Below are positions 7,969 to 16,027 of a DNA stretch of 20,269 nucleotides, in pieces. Positions within the stretch are counted from its first letter, which is position 1; each line of letters starts with the position of its first letter. Location: the sequence record NC_074633.1. One strand, written 5' to 3'. The notes below the pieces were generated by a model that made no database searches, was not told the origin of the DNA, and saw nothing but the letters and a program-made list of their open reading frames with translations. The position numbers and the translations under genes were made by a program.

Positions 7969-8458
7969 CTTTTCTCACCTCTTCTTTTTTTTCGCTTACA
8001 TTTAAAAACTTGACAAAAACTGGAGTATTTGTCCTAGGGGTATTACCTACATATTCAAATCCGGCGTTCTTGTATAAGGCGTTTGAATGATCTGCAAAAC
8101 CTAAAGTCCATAATACTTCAATTCCATAAGATTTCAGCAGTTGAGATAATTTTTCTAAAAATTCGACTAGATAATCTCCAGGCGCAGTCTTTGTAATCCT
8201 ACGAATGAAATAAGATCTATCGATTGGAATATTATATTTTTCAGCGACAAATCTGAACGGCGTTGAGTCGTTAATCCACGCAACTGCAACTATGTAATTG
8301 TCACATTCATATGCAAAATATTTCTGGATCTTTGACGCCCCTCCGCCATGTGGCATACCCTGGCTGTGATATTTTGCGACAAGCAGTCGTGCTAATTCAA
8401 TATCTTTCTTATCTTGAAGTTCAACTATTTTGCATTCTTCTTGCATTTCAAATATCAT
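7961..8458 (-). CDS. Putative GNAT-family acetyltransferase (SIRV ORF154-like)
   Basis: YIVAVAW strand, YFIRRI, and NALYKNAGFEYVG (GNAT motif B). The true start may be ATG8446, given the TATA at 8471-8480. Confidence 0.7.
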   Translation of the reverse strand: MIFEMQEECKIVELQDKKDIELARLLVAKYHSQGMPHGGGASKIQKYFAYECDNYIVAVAWINDSTPFRFVAEKYNIPIDRSYFIRRITKTAPGDYLVEFLEKLSQLLKSYGIEVLWTLGFADHSNALYKNAGFEYVGNTPRTNTPVFVKFLNVSEKKEEVRKDE

Positions 8459-8497
8459 TATTCATCATATGCTTTATAAGTAAACTGGTATACAGTT

Positions 8498-8845
8498 TTA
8501 GGCATTTATGACGACTTCATCATCTTTATCTACAATTTTAAATTTCCATTTTTTAGCTTTTTTGAAATACACTAATACTGCCGGTTTGCAGTCGCAAAAA
8601 TTGAACATGTCGCAAAATTGAAATAGTTTATCAATTTGGAATTTATCAATCTTTTTCGAAAGTTTTGAAGTTGACTTAACTTCAATTGCAAAAATTATTC
8701 CATCTTTTGTTGCGATAATGTCGGGGAGTGGCTGTTTACCAGAACCAGAAACTGGAATTCTTGCGACTTTATAACCTTCATTTTTTAACAAATCCAGTGC
8801 TTTATATTCATAATATTTCCCAGAATTATGAATGTTAATCTTCAT
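8498..8845 (-). CDS. hjc: Holliday junction resolvase (archaeal Hjc family)
   Basis: SGKYYE, RIPVSG, PDIIA and IEVKST PD-(D/E)xK signatures. Confidence 0.95.
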   Translation of the reverse strand: MKINIHNSGKYYEYKALDLLKNEGYKVARIPVSGSGKQPLPDIIATKDGIIFAIEVKSTSKLSKKIDKFQIDKLFQFCDMFNFCDCKPAVLVYFKKAKKWKFKIVDKDDEVVINA

Positions 8846-8853
8846 GTTTTTTA

Positions 8854-10317
8854 TTATCTGTTTGCTATGTTTTTAAAACCTTTATTGTAAAATATAGGTT
8901 TGTAATTCTGCAGGTACACTTTTTTCAGTTCTAATTTTCTTTGTGTTTGTATTTTTCCAAGACCTTGCAATTGTTCACCAAGTTGTTGAGCAAATTGGAG
9001 ATCTTCATCCGAAAGACCGTAAAATTTCCATTTTTGTCTCCAATATTGTAAAAATTGATCATACGGTAATGTCCTTTCGCCGGCGTTATACGACAGATTG
9101 CCCTGGTATGTATATCTTGCGACTTCTAGGATCGCTGACGCCACCATTTTTGCATACCAGATGTTGTTGTATTTCTTATTTACAATTTTTTGTATTCTTT
9201 CATACAATTCATAATTTGAAATATATGTTTCTGCATATTGTGAATTTGAAATATTTGTTGCACCAGGTCCTAATTCTTGCAAATGCATGCCAAATATTTG
9301 ACCGAAAACTGAAATTACTGCCCTATCAGTTGCCAAAATTGCAGATAATTGAATGTCGTTAAGATTTTGATCTCCGTTCGTGGCTTCGCCACTCACGTCG
9401 TTCGGCACTTCGTGCCTCACTTCAGGGAAGTCTGGCATCAAAACGTTAAAATCTAAGGGCGTAAGGTCTAAAATTACTCCAAGTGCTTGTGAGAAATTTT
9501 GGATTTTTATGTTGTCGGCGAGAAGTTGATAATTATTTTCTTCTTCTGAAAAGGCGGAACGGTCAAACCAAGAAACGTCAAGTGCTATCCCACTATCAAT
9601 TATGTTGTTCAAGAGTGGAAGAAATGCTAACAAATATTTCGCTAAGTCTGGGAGTGAATTGAAATATTGTTGTGGGGTTTCGTTTTTCTGTTGAGCCAAT
9701 TTTGACAGTGCGTCAAATACCCCAGTATTTTTGACTAAAGAGTAAAGATAATTGTCAACTTCTGGATTTTGTGTCACTGCAACTCCAAGATTTTCAAATG
9801 TTGTAACAGTTACTGTCGTTGGCGGATTAGCAAAATACGATTTTAATTTTTCACATGCAAGATTATTGAAAATTACTCCAGGAGCAGGGGCGTAAACTGA
9901 GGCGTCAAATTGTGTTTCGTCAAAAACTGCAATTTGATACAATGTTGAACAATTTTTAACATATTGATCATAAAGTGAAGTAAAACTGTTGATGACGTCA
10001 AGTGCTGAAGATGTTGATAATGTCGCTAAATTGAAAGTAAACGATTGTGGCGAATTTGGTATGAAATTATTTAACACTGATGCTGAAAAATTGTTTATTG
10101 CATTTAGGAAGTTAAGAACAATTTGTGCGAAAGCAACCCCGTAATCGACATTCATGTAAGGCGGGGGTTTAACATTTTCAAGTGAAGATGGCAAAGTGCT
10201 TTCAATTCCTGCGCTTAACATTGCCTTAAATGCGGGATAAACATTTTGATTGAAAATCTTGCGGTAGAGATGATATTTCATCTGTGCAATTGATCTACTG
10301 CCTCTCCTTTTTGTCAT
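8854..10317 (-). CDS. Minor structural protein (SIRV2 ORF488-like)
   Basis: Basic N-terminus MTKRRGSRSIAQMKYHLYRKIF and FDxSxFD-type repeats; about 487 aa from ATG10317, matching the family size. Confidence 0.8.
   Translation of the reverse strand: MTKRRGSRSIAQMKYHLYRKIFNQNVYPAFKAMLSAGIESTLPSSLENVKPPPYMNVDYGVAFAQIVLNFLNAINNFSASVLNNFIPNSPQSFTFNLATLSTSSALDVINSFTSLYDQYVKNCSTLYQIAVFDETQFDASVYAPAPGVIFNNLACEKLKSYFANPPTTVTVTTFENLGVAVTQNPEVDNYLYSLVKNTGVFDALSKLAQQKNETPQQYFNSLPDLAKYLLAFLPLLNNIIDSGIALDVSWFDRSAFSEEENNYQLLADNIKIQNFSQALGVILDLTPLDFNVLMPDFPEVRHEVPNDVSGEATNGDQNLNDIQLSAILATDRAVISVFGQIFGMHLQELGPGATNISNSQYAETYISNYELYERIQKIVNKKYNNIWYAKMVASAILEVARYTYQGNLSYNAGERTLPYDQFLQYWRQKWKFYGLSDEDLQFAQQLGEQLQGLGKIQTQRKLELKKVYLQNYKPIFYNKGFKNIANR
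9375..9422. repeat. Two 24-bp imperfect tandem units, each with a 5-bp stem and GAA (minus strand) triloop
   Basis: GTGGC-TTC-GCCAC at 9380-9392 and GGCAC-TTC-GTGCC at 9404-9416; shared flanks CGTTCG and CTCAC. Confidence 0.8.
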
Positions 10318-10362
10318 GCCACATCTGTGTAATATTTGCATTTTCAAACCTTTTATTGCTCA

Positions 10363-10408
10363 ATATTCAACAGTAATATTCATAATATTCATTATATGCA
10401 TATTAAGC
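10363..10408 (+). repeat. 27-bp element (copy 2) plus ATATGCATAT palindrome in a divergent promoter region
   Basis: 10363-10389 is identical to 1987-2013; 10394-10408 is the exact reverse complement of 17107-17121. Confidence 0.92.
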
Positions 10409-10455
10409 ATTGAATTTATTTTAAGTTGTTGTGACAAAATAGATAACGATAAAAA

Positions 10456-10695
10456 ATGTCAGCCAACCCATCTGGACCACACGGTAAGAAAGTATCTGCA
10501 AGAGTTATTAGAGCTTTATTTGTCGGTTCAACAATTGGAATATTTGGCGGTTTTGGTTTATATTTACTTGCTGACGCAATTAACACATTAGCTCATGCGA
10601 CAATTGTAAGTCCTACTGGATTTCTATTACTAGGTTTTGGCGGTTCAATAGCAGGAGTAGTTGGTACAGAATTATCAAAAGATCTTGAAGAATAA
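10456..10695 (+). CDS. Small membrane protein with two glycine-rich TM helices, 79 aa
   Basis: ALFVGSTIGIFGGFGLYLLA and GFLLLGFGGSIAGVVG hydrophobic GxxxG segments. Confidence 0.8.
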   Translation: MSANPSGPHGKKVSARVIRALFVGSTIGIFGGFGLYLLADAINTLAHATIVSPTGFLLLGFGGSIAGVVGTELSKDLEE

Positions 10696-10707
10696 ATTCA
10701 AGATATG

Positions 10708-10714
10708 TTTTTTT
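10708..10714 (+). terminator. Oligo-T terminator
   Basis: T7 run 12 nt after the stop at 10695. Confidence 0.5.
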
Positions 10715-10740
10715 AAACTCTTTTTCCTAATGTGAAAATT

Positions 10741-12546
10741 ATGAGTAATTTACCCTATCCCTTAAAATACAAATTGCCACTTCAATATTTGTCTGTCGAA
10801 GATTGGAATAATTTTGTAAATGATCTTCTACTAGTTTATAATTCTCCAGTTGGCGCTTTAGCAAAATACTACTCCAAAGGAAATTTGCAAAATTTGAATG
10901 GAATTTTTGCAAAAACGTTAGATGTTGTACAACTTTATGTAAATGGTTATGAAGCGTTATACAATCTTAAGCAAGTTCTGGCATACACTTTTGGCGGTTT
11001 GTTTGAAAAATACAAACTTTACCCCCCAGTTAACTTTCAAGATATTGAGCAATTAACAAAATTGCCAAGTTTCTATGTGCAAAAATACAACATCCCTATC
11101 GCAAAATATAAACAAATAGTTGAAACATTTAATTTCATATTTGAAAAACATTTGCCTAGAATTACAAAAACTATGCAAGTGCTAATTCCCAAACTTTCGT
11201 ATAAATACCTGCCTAAGGCAATTGCGGGCGGAATGACGACAATTTCTGGTTCACAGTCATTATCTCAAATTTTGCAAAACGAATTCGGAATTACAGATTT
11301 TTCGACATGGAAAGGCGTAACAATTGAAAATTTAAGCGATAACAACTTGATTATTAATAATGCAATTGTATTAATGCCAAAACAGTGTTTAAAACTTACC
11401 GCCTCAAGTCCATCAGAAGTTACAATTACTGCTCAACAACCTGCGCTAATTTCAACATTATTAGAATTTAGCGGTATACCTGTGACAGCCTATGCAATAA
11501 CGATAACGAATAGCCAATCTGATCCTACACCTACAAATTTTCAACAATTATTAACGCTTAATTTGTCCGGTATAATTTCTTCACCTTCACAATTATTGAA
11601 TTTGAAATTCTGCCAAGACGTAAATTGCAACACACAATTATACGCATGGATTGAATATTATACCAGTGATTTATCCACAGTTTACGTTTGGGTTTTAATA
11701 CCAGGCGGTATTCCCGCAAATTCTTCAATAACGATATACATGTTTGTAACAAATAAAAATCAATATCCTTACACTGGGATAAATGCATATTACAACACGG
11801 CATACGATAACGGTCCAAATGTCTTTGACGCTTATATGAACTTTATGGGTTCTAGACCAATACCTTCAGATTACAATTATTATACAAATCTTTCTGGATA
11901 TCCAGCGTTTGTCGCTGAAAGTGGAACAACTCCAGGATATTTGGATACATTTCCTAACGCCAGCTATTCCTATGCCGATGTTTATATATCAGCTCCAAAG
12001 TCTGCAAGAGTCCCGGAAATATTTGAAGGTATGGCATATTATGACGGCAGTGTTGATGAGCAAGGAATTTTCTTTCTTGCTAATCCGTCAGGCGGTTGGT
12101 CAACTCCTGCATATACTGTATGTGGTGGAAGTATTAGCGGGGATCTTGAAGTCCCAACAGATGGTTGGGCTGTTACATGGGATCCAGCAGGTTGTACCCC
12201 AGCAGGAATTTTAGGCGGGGGTAATGTAGAGGCGCAAATATCAGGTGCTTTTTTTACATCTTCTGGATATAATTTCTATCAAGCAATAGTTACAGATAAT
12301 GAAATAATTTTCAATGGTGCAACACCAAGTGATCCAACTACTCCATATGCCCAATTGCAAATCCAAAATGTTACTAGTTACAGTGGGACGATTACGATTT
12401 ATGGCAATGCGTTAGGGACAGTCGACAGTTCGTTCACTGATTCACATTATGGATATTGGTATTATCTCAGGGCAAGAGCCTATCCACCAAACGGAGTAAT
12501 GCCGACAAATTCACAACCACAGAAAATTATCGCATATATTGCATGA
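10741..12546 (+). CDS. Minor structural protein (SIRV2 ORF564-like) with a DUF2341-like/lectin-like C-terminal region
   Basis: Position before the large tail gene; YAITITN...LKF...LYAWIE...VWVLIP...IPANSSITIYM...NGPNVF pattern and terminal YYLRARAYPPNGVMP. ATG10741 preferred over GTG10732. Confidence 0.72.
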   Translation: MSNLPYPLKYKLPLQYLSVEDWNNFVNDLLLVYNSPVGALAKYYSKGNLQNLNGIFAKTLDVVQLYVNGYEALYNLKQVLAYTFGGLFEKYKLYPPVNFQDIEQLTKLPSFYVQKYNIPIAKYKQIVETFNFIFEKHLPRITKTMQVLIPKLSYKYLPKAIAGGMTTISGSQSLSQILQNEFGITDFSTWKGVTIENLSDNNLIINNAIVLMPKQCLKLTASSPSEVTITAQQPALISTLLEFSGIPVTAYAITITNSQSDPTPTNFQQLLTLNLSGIISSPSQLLNLKFCQDVNCNTQLYAWIEYYTSDLSTVYVWVLIPGGIPANSSITIYMFVTNKNQYPYTGINAYYNTAYDNGPNVFDAYMNFMGSRPIPSDYNYYTNLSGYPAFVAESGTTPGYLDTFPNASYSYADVYISAPKSARVPEIFEGMAYYDGSVDEQGIFFLANPSGGWSTPAYTVCGGSISGDLEVPTDGWAVTWDPAGCTPAGILGGGNVEAQISGAFFTSSGYNFYQAIVTDNEIIFNGATPSDPTTPYAQLQIQNVTSYSGTITIYGNALGTVDSSFTDSHYGYWYYLRARAYPPNGVMPTNSQPQKIIAYIA

Positions 12547-12600
12547 TTTGATTATTTTTTCCTTAAATGCAATAAATCAAACTACACAATTCTTATAATG

Positions 12601-12627
12601 AATAATATGAATATTCGCATTCAATAT
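12601..12627 (-). repeat. Degenerate inverted copy of the 27-bp element
   Basis: The reverse complement ATATTGAATGCGAATATTCATATTATT matches the element at 21/27 positions. Confidence 0.7.
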
Positions 12628-12678
12628 TGTGCAGTTGAATAAATTATAATTGCATTTGCTGATATTATTTAGATAGAA

Positions 12679-15600
12679 ATGAGCTTTATCATCTCTGGTC
12701 TTGAAAGTTTGGAAACATTCTTTTCAGATGAACTTACTGCTCTGGAAAACTTTACAAACTTTTTAGCATCTGATTTCGTTTCATTTTTCCAAACTGTTTC
12801 AACGGATTTGCAAAATTTCATTTCATTTTTGGCAACTGCAATTAGCGATATTCCAACTTTCATACAACAGAACATATCATATTTTGTACAAGTACTTCAA
12901 AATGTATTTGCAAATATTGCATCTGCAGTATCTGGATTTACACAATATGTTGCAAACGCATTACAAGGCTTTTTCCAAGATGTTGCAAATTTAATGCAAG
13001 GATTCCTAAATGCAATTTATAACTTTTTCTCAAATATTGCAAACGATCTTGCTAATTTTGTAAATGTCGCAGTTTCTGATTTTATACAAGGTTTTAGTCC
13101 GTTAGCGAAATATATTGCCCCCGCTATTCCACAAATTGTAAGCTCAGTCTCCCCAATTATTGCCCCCTATCTTTTAGCTAGGATTTTGCCAAATGCAATT
13201 GACAGATTAGGAGAAATCTTGCCTGAAATTGAAATTGATTTAGCCCCAATCGGTTTAGGTGGGAAATTTAACATTAAATTTGGAGAAATTGCAAAAATGG
13301 TTGGTGAGCCAATTGCAGATCTCATGAAAGAGATCTCTGGTGAAATGATGACTGACCTTAAGGAGTTTTTGAAAGAACCATTTATTTCTAATTTCAAAAT
13401 TACAATAAGAGAAATTTTCAATAGTATTGGACTTGGAGACCTGCCATTTGCGGATCCATCATATCGTGAAATTACGGCATGGTTAGGGGCGAGATCATTT
13501 TCAGAATTGAAAGATCATCTAAAAGAGACACTACTTCTCACTGGTTATCCTGCATGGTTCACTAATGCATTCTTAGAACCGCCAGCTGACGATTATATTC
13601 CTGGAAATCCACTGTTTAAGCCAGTTTCAATTCGTGATGTGATTACTGCAGTTGAATATGGTCTATTATCTTCATCAGCAGTTGAACAATATGCAGAAAA
13701 TAATTTGGTAACGAAAAAAACTGCAAAATTAATGTATCAAAATCAGAATTTGAGATTATTTCAGCGTGTGGTTGAGGAAGGAATAAGAAGTTTTGTCATC
13801 CAGCCGGATAAGGCTTATGATCTAATGTTGTCTGGGAAAGATCTCACAGGAAAAGATCTATTTACAAAATATTTCGAAATATTTTATCAATTTGCGACAC
13901 AAAGATTCGCAAAACAAGTCCTCAGATCCCTACTTTCAAGAGCACTATCCAATTTTGGTAGACCTTATATAGATATAAAGTATTTATCTAAAACAGTTGA
14001 TGAAATATACAAACAATTGAATTTGCCAAAAGAAATCTCCCTATTATTTGGACAATTAATTACAGAATCACAATTAATACAGTACAACGAGTTAATTTTC
14101 ACATTTTTGAGATCAAAAGCTGAAAAAGGAATATTTAACAAAGCAGATGTAGAGAAGTTATTAAAAGAACACAATTTTAATGTTTCTGAATCACTTTTCA
14201 TTTTACAACATTATGTAGATTCAGTTGTTGCAACTGAAGAAATACAACTATTAGAACAAAAACTACAAAATTTCTTTATATCTGACAAAGATGCAGAAAA
14301 TGAATTGAAAAATTTAAAAGTAGATGATAGATATGCAAAACTTTTAATCGAAAGATACTACAATTTGACGTTAACAAAAGAGAAAGCAAACGTATACCTT
14401 TCACTGTTGAAAAAAGGATATTACAACAAACATGAGGCAAAAACTGTATTCAAAGCACTTGGTTACTCAACAAGTGTAATTGATGAACTGCTAGACTTAT
14501 ATTCACAAGAAATTGAGGCAGAATTACAGATAAAGACAATACAACAGAAAGCCCAAATGTTCCTTCTGGATGAACAAGAGATTAACACTGAATTGAAAAA
14601 ATTACATGTCTCTGACGCACTTATTCAAGAAATTGTAACGGAGTATTTGCAAATTCCACTTTTAAAGCAACAAGTTGACGTTTATACATCTCTGATCAGA
14701 AAGGGGTACATAAACGCACAAGAGGCAAAAAGGATATTTTCTGCACTCGGATTTAAACAAACTGCAATTGAACAATTGATCCCACTTTACACACAAGAAA
14801 TTGAAATTGAGGCAACAATTTCGAAATATAAAGCACTTCTTCAACATTTCCTAATTGATGAAAAGGTTGCAGAACAAGAATTGCTAAAACTGCATATTTC
14901 TAATGCATTAATTGACGAATTGTTAACAGAATATTATCAAGTCCCATTGAATGGAAAAATATTCAATATCTACTTTGGTTTGTTAGAAAAAGGATATATG
15001 ACGGCGGAAACAATTAAGCGAATTCTAGGGTCAAAAAATATTAATGCAACTGCACTTGCAGAAATTTCAAACGCTTACAATTTCGCAATTGAAATTGAAA
15101 ATGCAGTTAAATATTACCAGTCATTGCTGAAAAATTTACTAATTGATGCCAAAACTGCGGAACAAGAATTAAGGAAATTAGGCGTTTCTGACGTGTTGAT
15201 AAAAGCAATAATTGCGGAGTATACGCCAGTTTTAGTAAATGTGAAAGCAGTTGCGCAAACAATTATAGAGGGCGCAATATATCATGTGGGCAAAGTTCCA
15301 ATTTCAGTTGCTCATGTCGTGCCAGAATTGAAGAAATTGAACATTCCAGATAACCAAATTAATTCGCTTATAGCTGAAATTGAATCACAAATTGCATTGG
15401 AAATCTGGAAAAAATATTTACCGTCACTTTCAGATATTAAAACTGCGCTGACTTACAATTATCCAATCGACAAATTATTGCAATTATCTCTCATACCTGC
15501 TGAATTATTCAATCTGCATGCTGATCTAACTAGATATGAACTTATCGCAAGAGAAGTACAAAGCTTAAAGTCGTATTACTCAAAATTACTGATCTACGGC

Positions 15601-16026
15601 ATAACAAATTCACAGTTAGAACAAATACTGAGACAATATGGAATTAACGACTCAATATTGCAAGTTTTACAATTACAGGCACAACTGGAGAAAATTCTGA
15701 CTGCTTACCAGGAGTTATACTTAACGCCGTCAAAAGTACTATCAATCGCTGAATATGTTTCAAACCCAGATCAATTAATTCAAAAAGTATTCAGAGAATA
15801 TAGCGTGCCGGCTGACTTACAGAATGTCTACTTGGAATACGCAAGAAATAGAAGGCTTAGGTCATACGTTAGCGAAATAATATACACAATTTCAGATTTA
15901 GTTGAGAGACATAAGATATCCCTGGACCAGGCGGTCCAGTACTTGCAACAATTCAAAAAATATGGTCTAACAGATGAAGAAATTGAATTAATTAAATTAA
16001 ACTGGCAATTAAGAGGGATGACATAA
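12679..16026 (+). CDS. Large terminal-fibre protein (SIRV2 ORF1070/gp38-like)
   Basis: Largest ORF (1115 aa), all-alpha, with an amphipathic N-terminus and internal repeats; syntenic with other rudiviruses. Confidence 0.85.
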   Translation: MSFIISGLESLETFFSDELTALENFTNFLASDFVSFFQTVSTDLQNFISFLATAISDIPTFIQQNISYFVQVLQNVFANIASAVSGFTQYVANALQGFFQDVANLMQGFLNAIYNFFSNIANDLANFVNVAVSDFIQGFSPLAKYIAPAIPQIVSSVSPIIAPYLLARILPNAIDRLGEILPEIEIDLAPIGLGGKFNIKFGEIAKMVGEPIADLMKEISGEMMTDLKEFLKEPFISNFKITIREIFNSIGLGDLPFADPSYREITAWLGARSFSELKDHLKETLLLTGYPAWFTNAFLEPPADDYIPGNPLFKPVSIRDVITAVEYGLLSSSAVEQYAENNLVTKKTAKLMYQNQNLRLFQRVVEEGIRSFVIQPDKAYDLMLSGKDLTGKDLFTKYFEIFYQFATQRFAKQVLRSLLSRALSNFGRPYIDIKYLSKTVDEIYKQLNLPKEISLLFGQLITESQLIQYNELIFTFLRSKAEKGIFNKADVEKLLKEHNFNVSESLFILQHYVDSVVATEEIQLLEQKLQNFFISDKDAENELKNLKVDDRYAKLLIERYYNLTLTKEKANVYLSLLKKGYYNKHEAKTVFKALGYSTSVIDELLDLYSQEIEAELQIKTIQQKAQMFLLDEQEINTELKKLHVSDALIQEIVTEYLQIPLLKQQVDVYTSLIRKGYINAQEAKRIFSALGFKQTAIEQLIPLYTQEIEIEATISKYKALLQHFLIDEKVAEQELLKLHISNALIDELLTEYYQVPLNGKIFNIYFGLLEKGYMTAETIKRILGSKNINATALAEISNAYNFAIEIENAVKYYQSLLKNLLIDAKTAEQELRKLGVSDVLIKAIIAEYTPVLVNVKAVAQTIIEGAIYHVGKVPISVAHVVPELKKLNIPDNQINSLIAEIESQIALEIWKKYLPSLSDIKTALTYNYPIDKLLQLSLIPAELFNLHADLTRYELIAREVQSLKSYYSKLLIYGITNSQLEQILRQYGINDSILQVLQLQAQLEKILTAYQELYLTPSKVLSIAEYVSNPDQLIQKVFREYSVPADLQNVYLEYARNRRLRSYVSEIIYTISDLVERHKISLDQAVQYLQQFKKYGLTDEEIELIKLNWQLRGMT
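14125..15222 (+). repeat. Four 96-aa (288-bp) protein repeats in the fibre protein
   Basis: KG(I/Y) starts at 14125, 14413, 14701 and 14989, exactly 288 bp apart; the fourth unit is partial. Confidence 0.88.
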
Positions 16027-16027
16027 A

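Noticed and set aside
8943-9362. 139-aa plus-strand ORF antisense to the ORF488-like gene
   Set aside because: Fully nested antisense, no promoter or motif, composition typical of a shadow frame.
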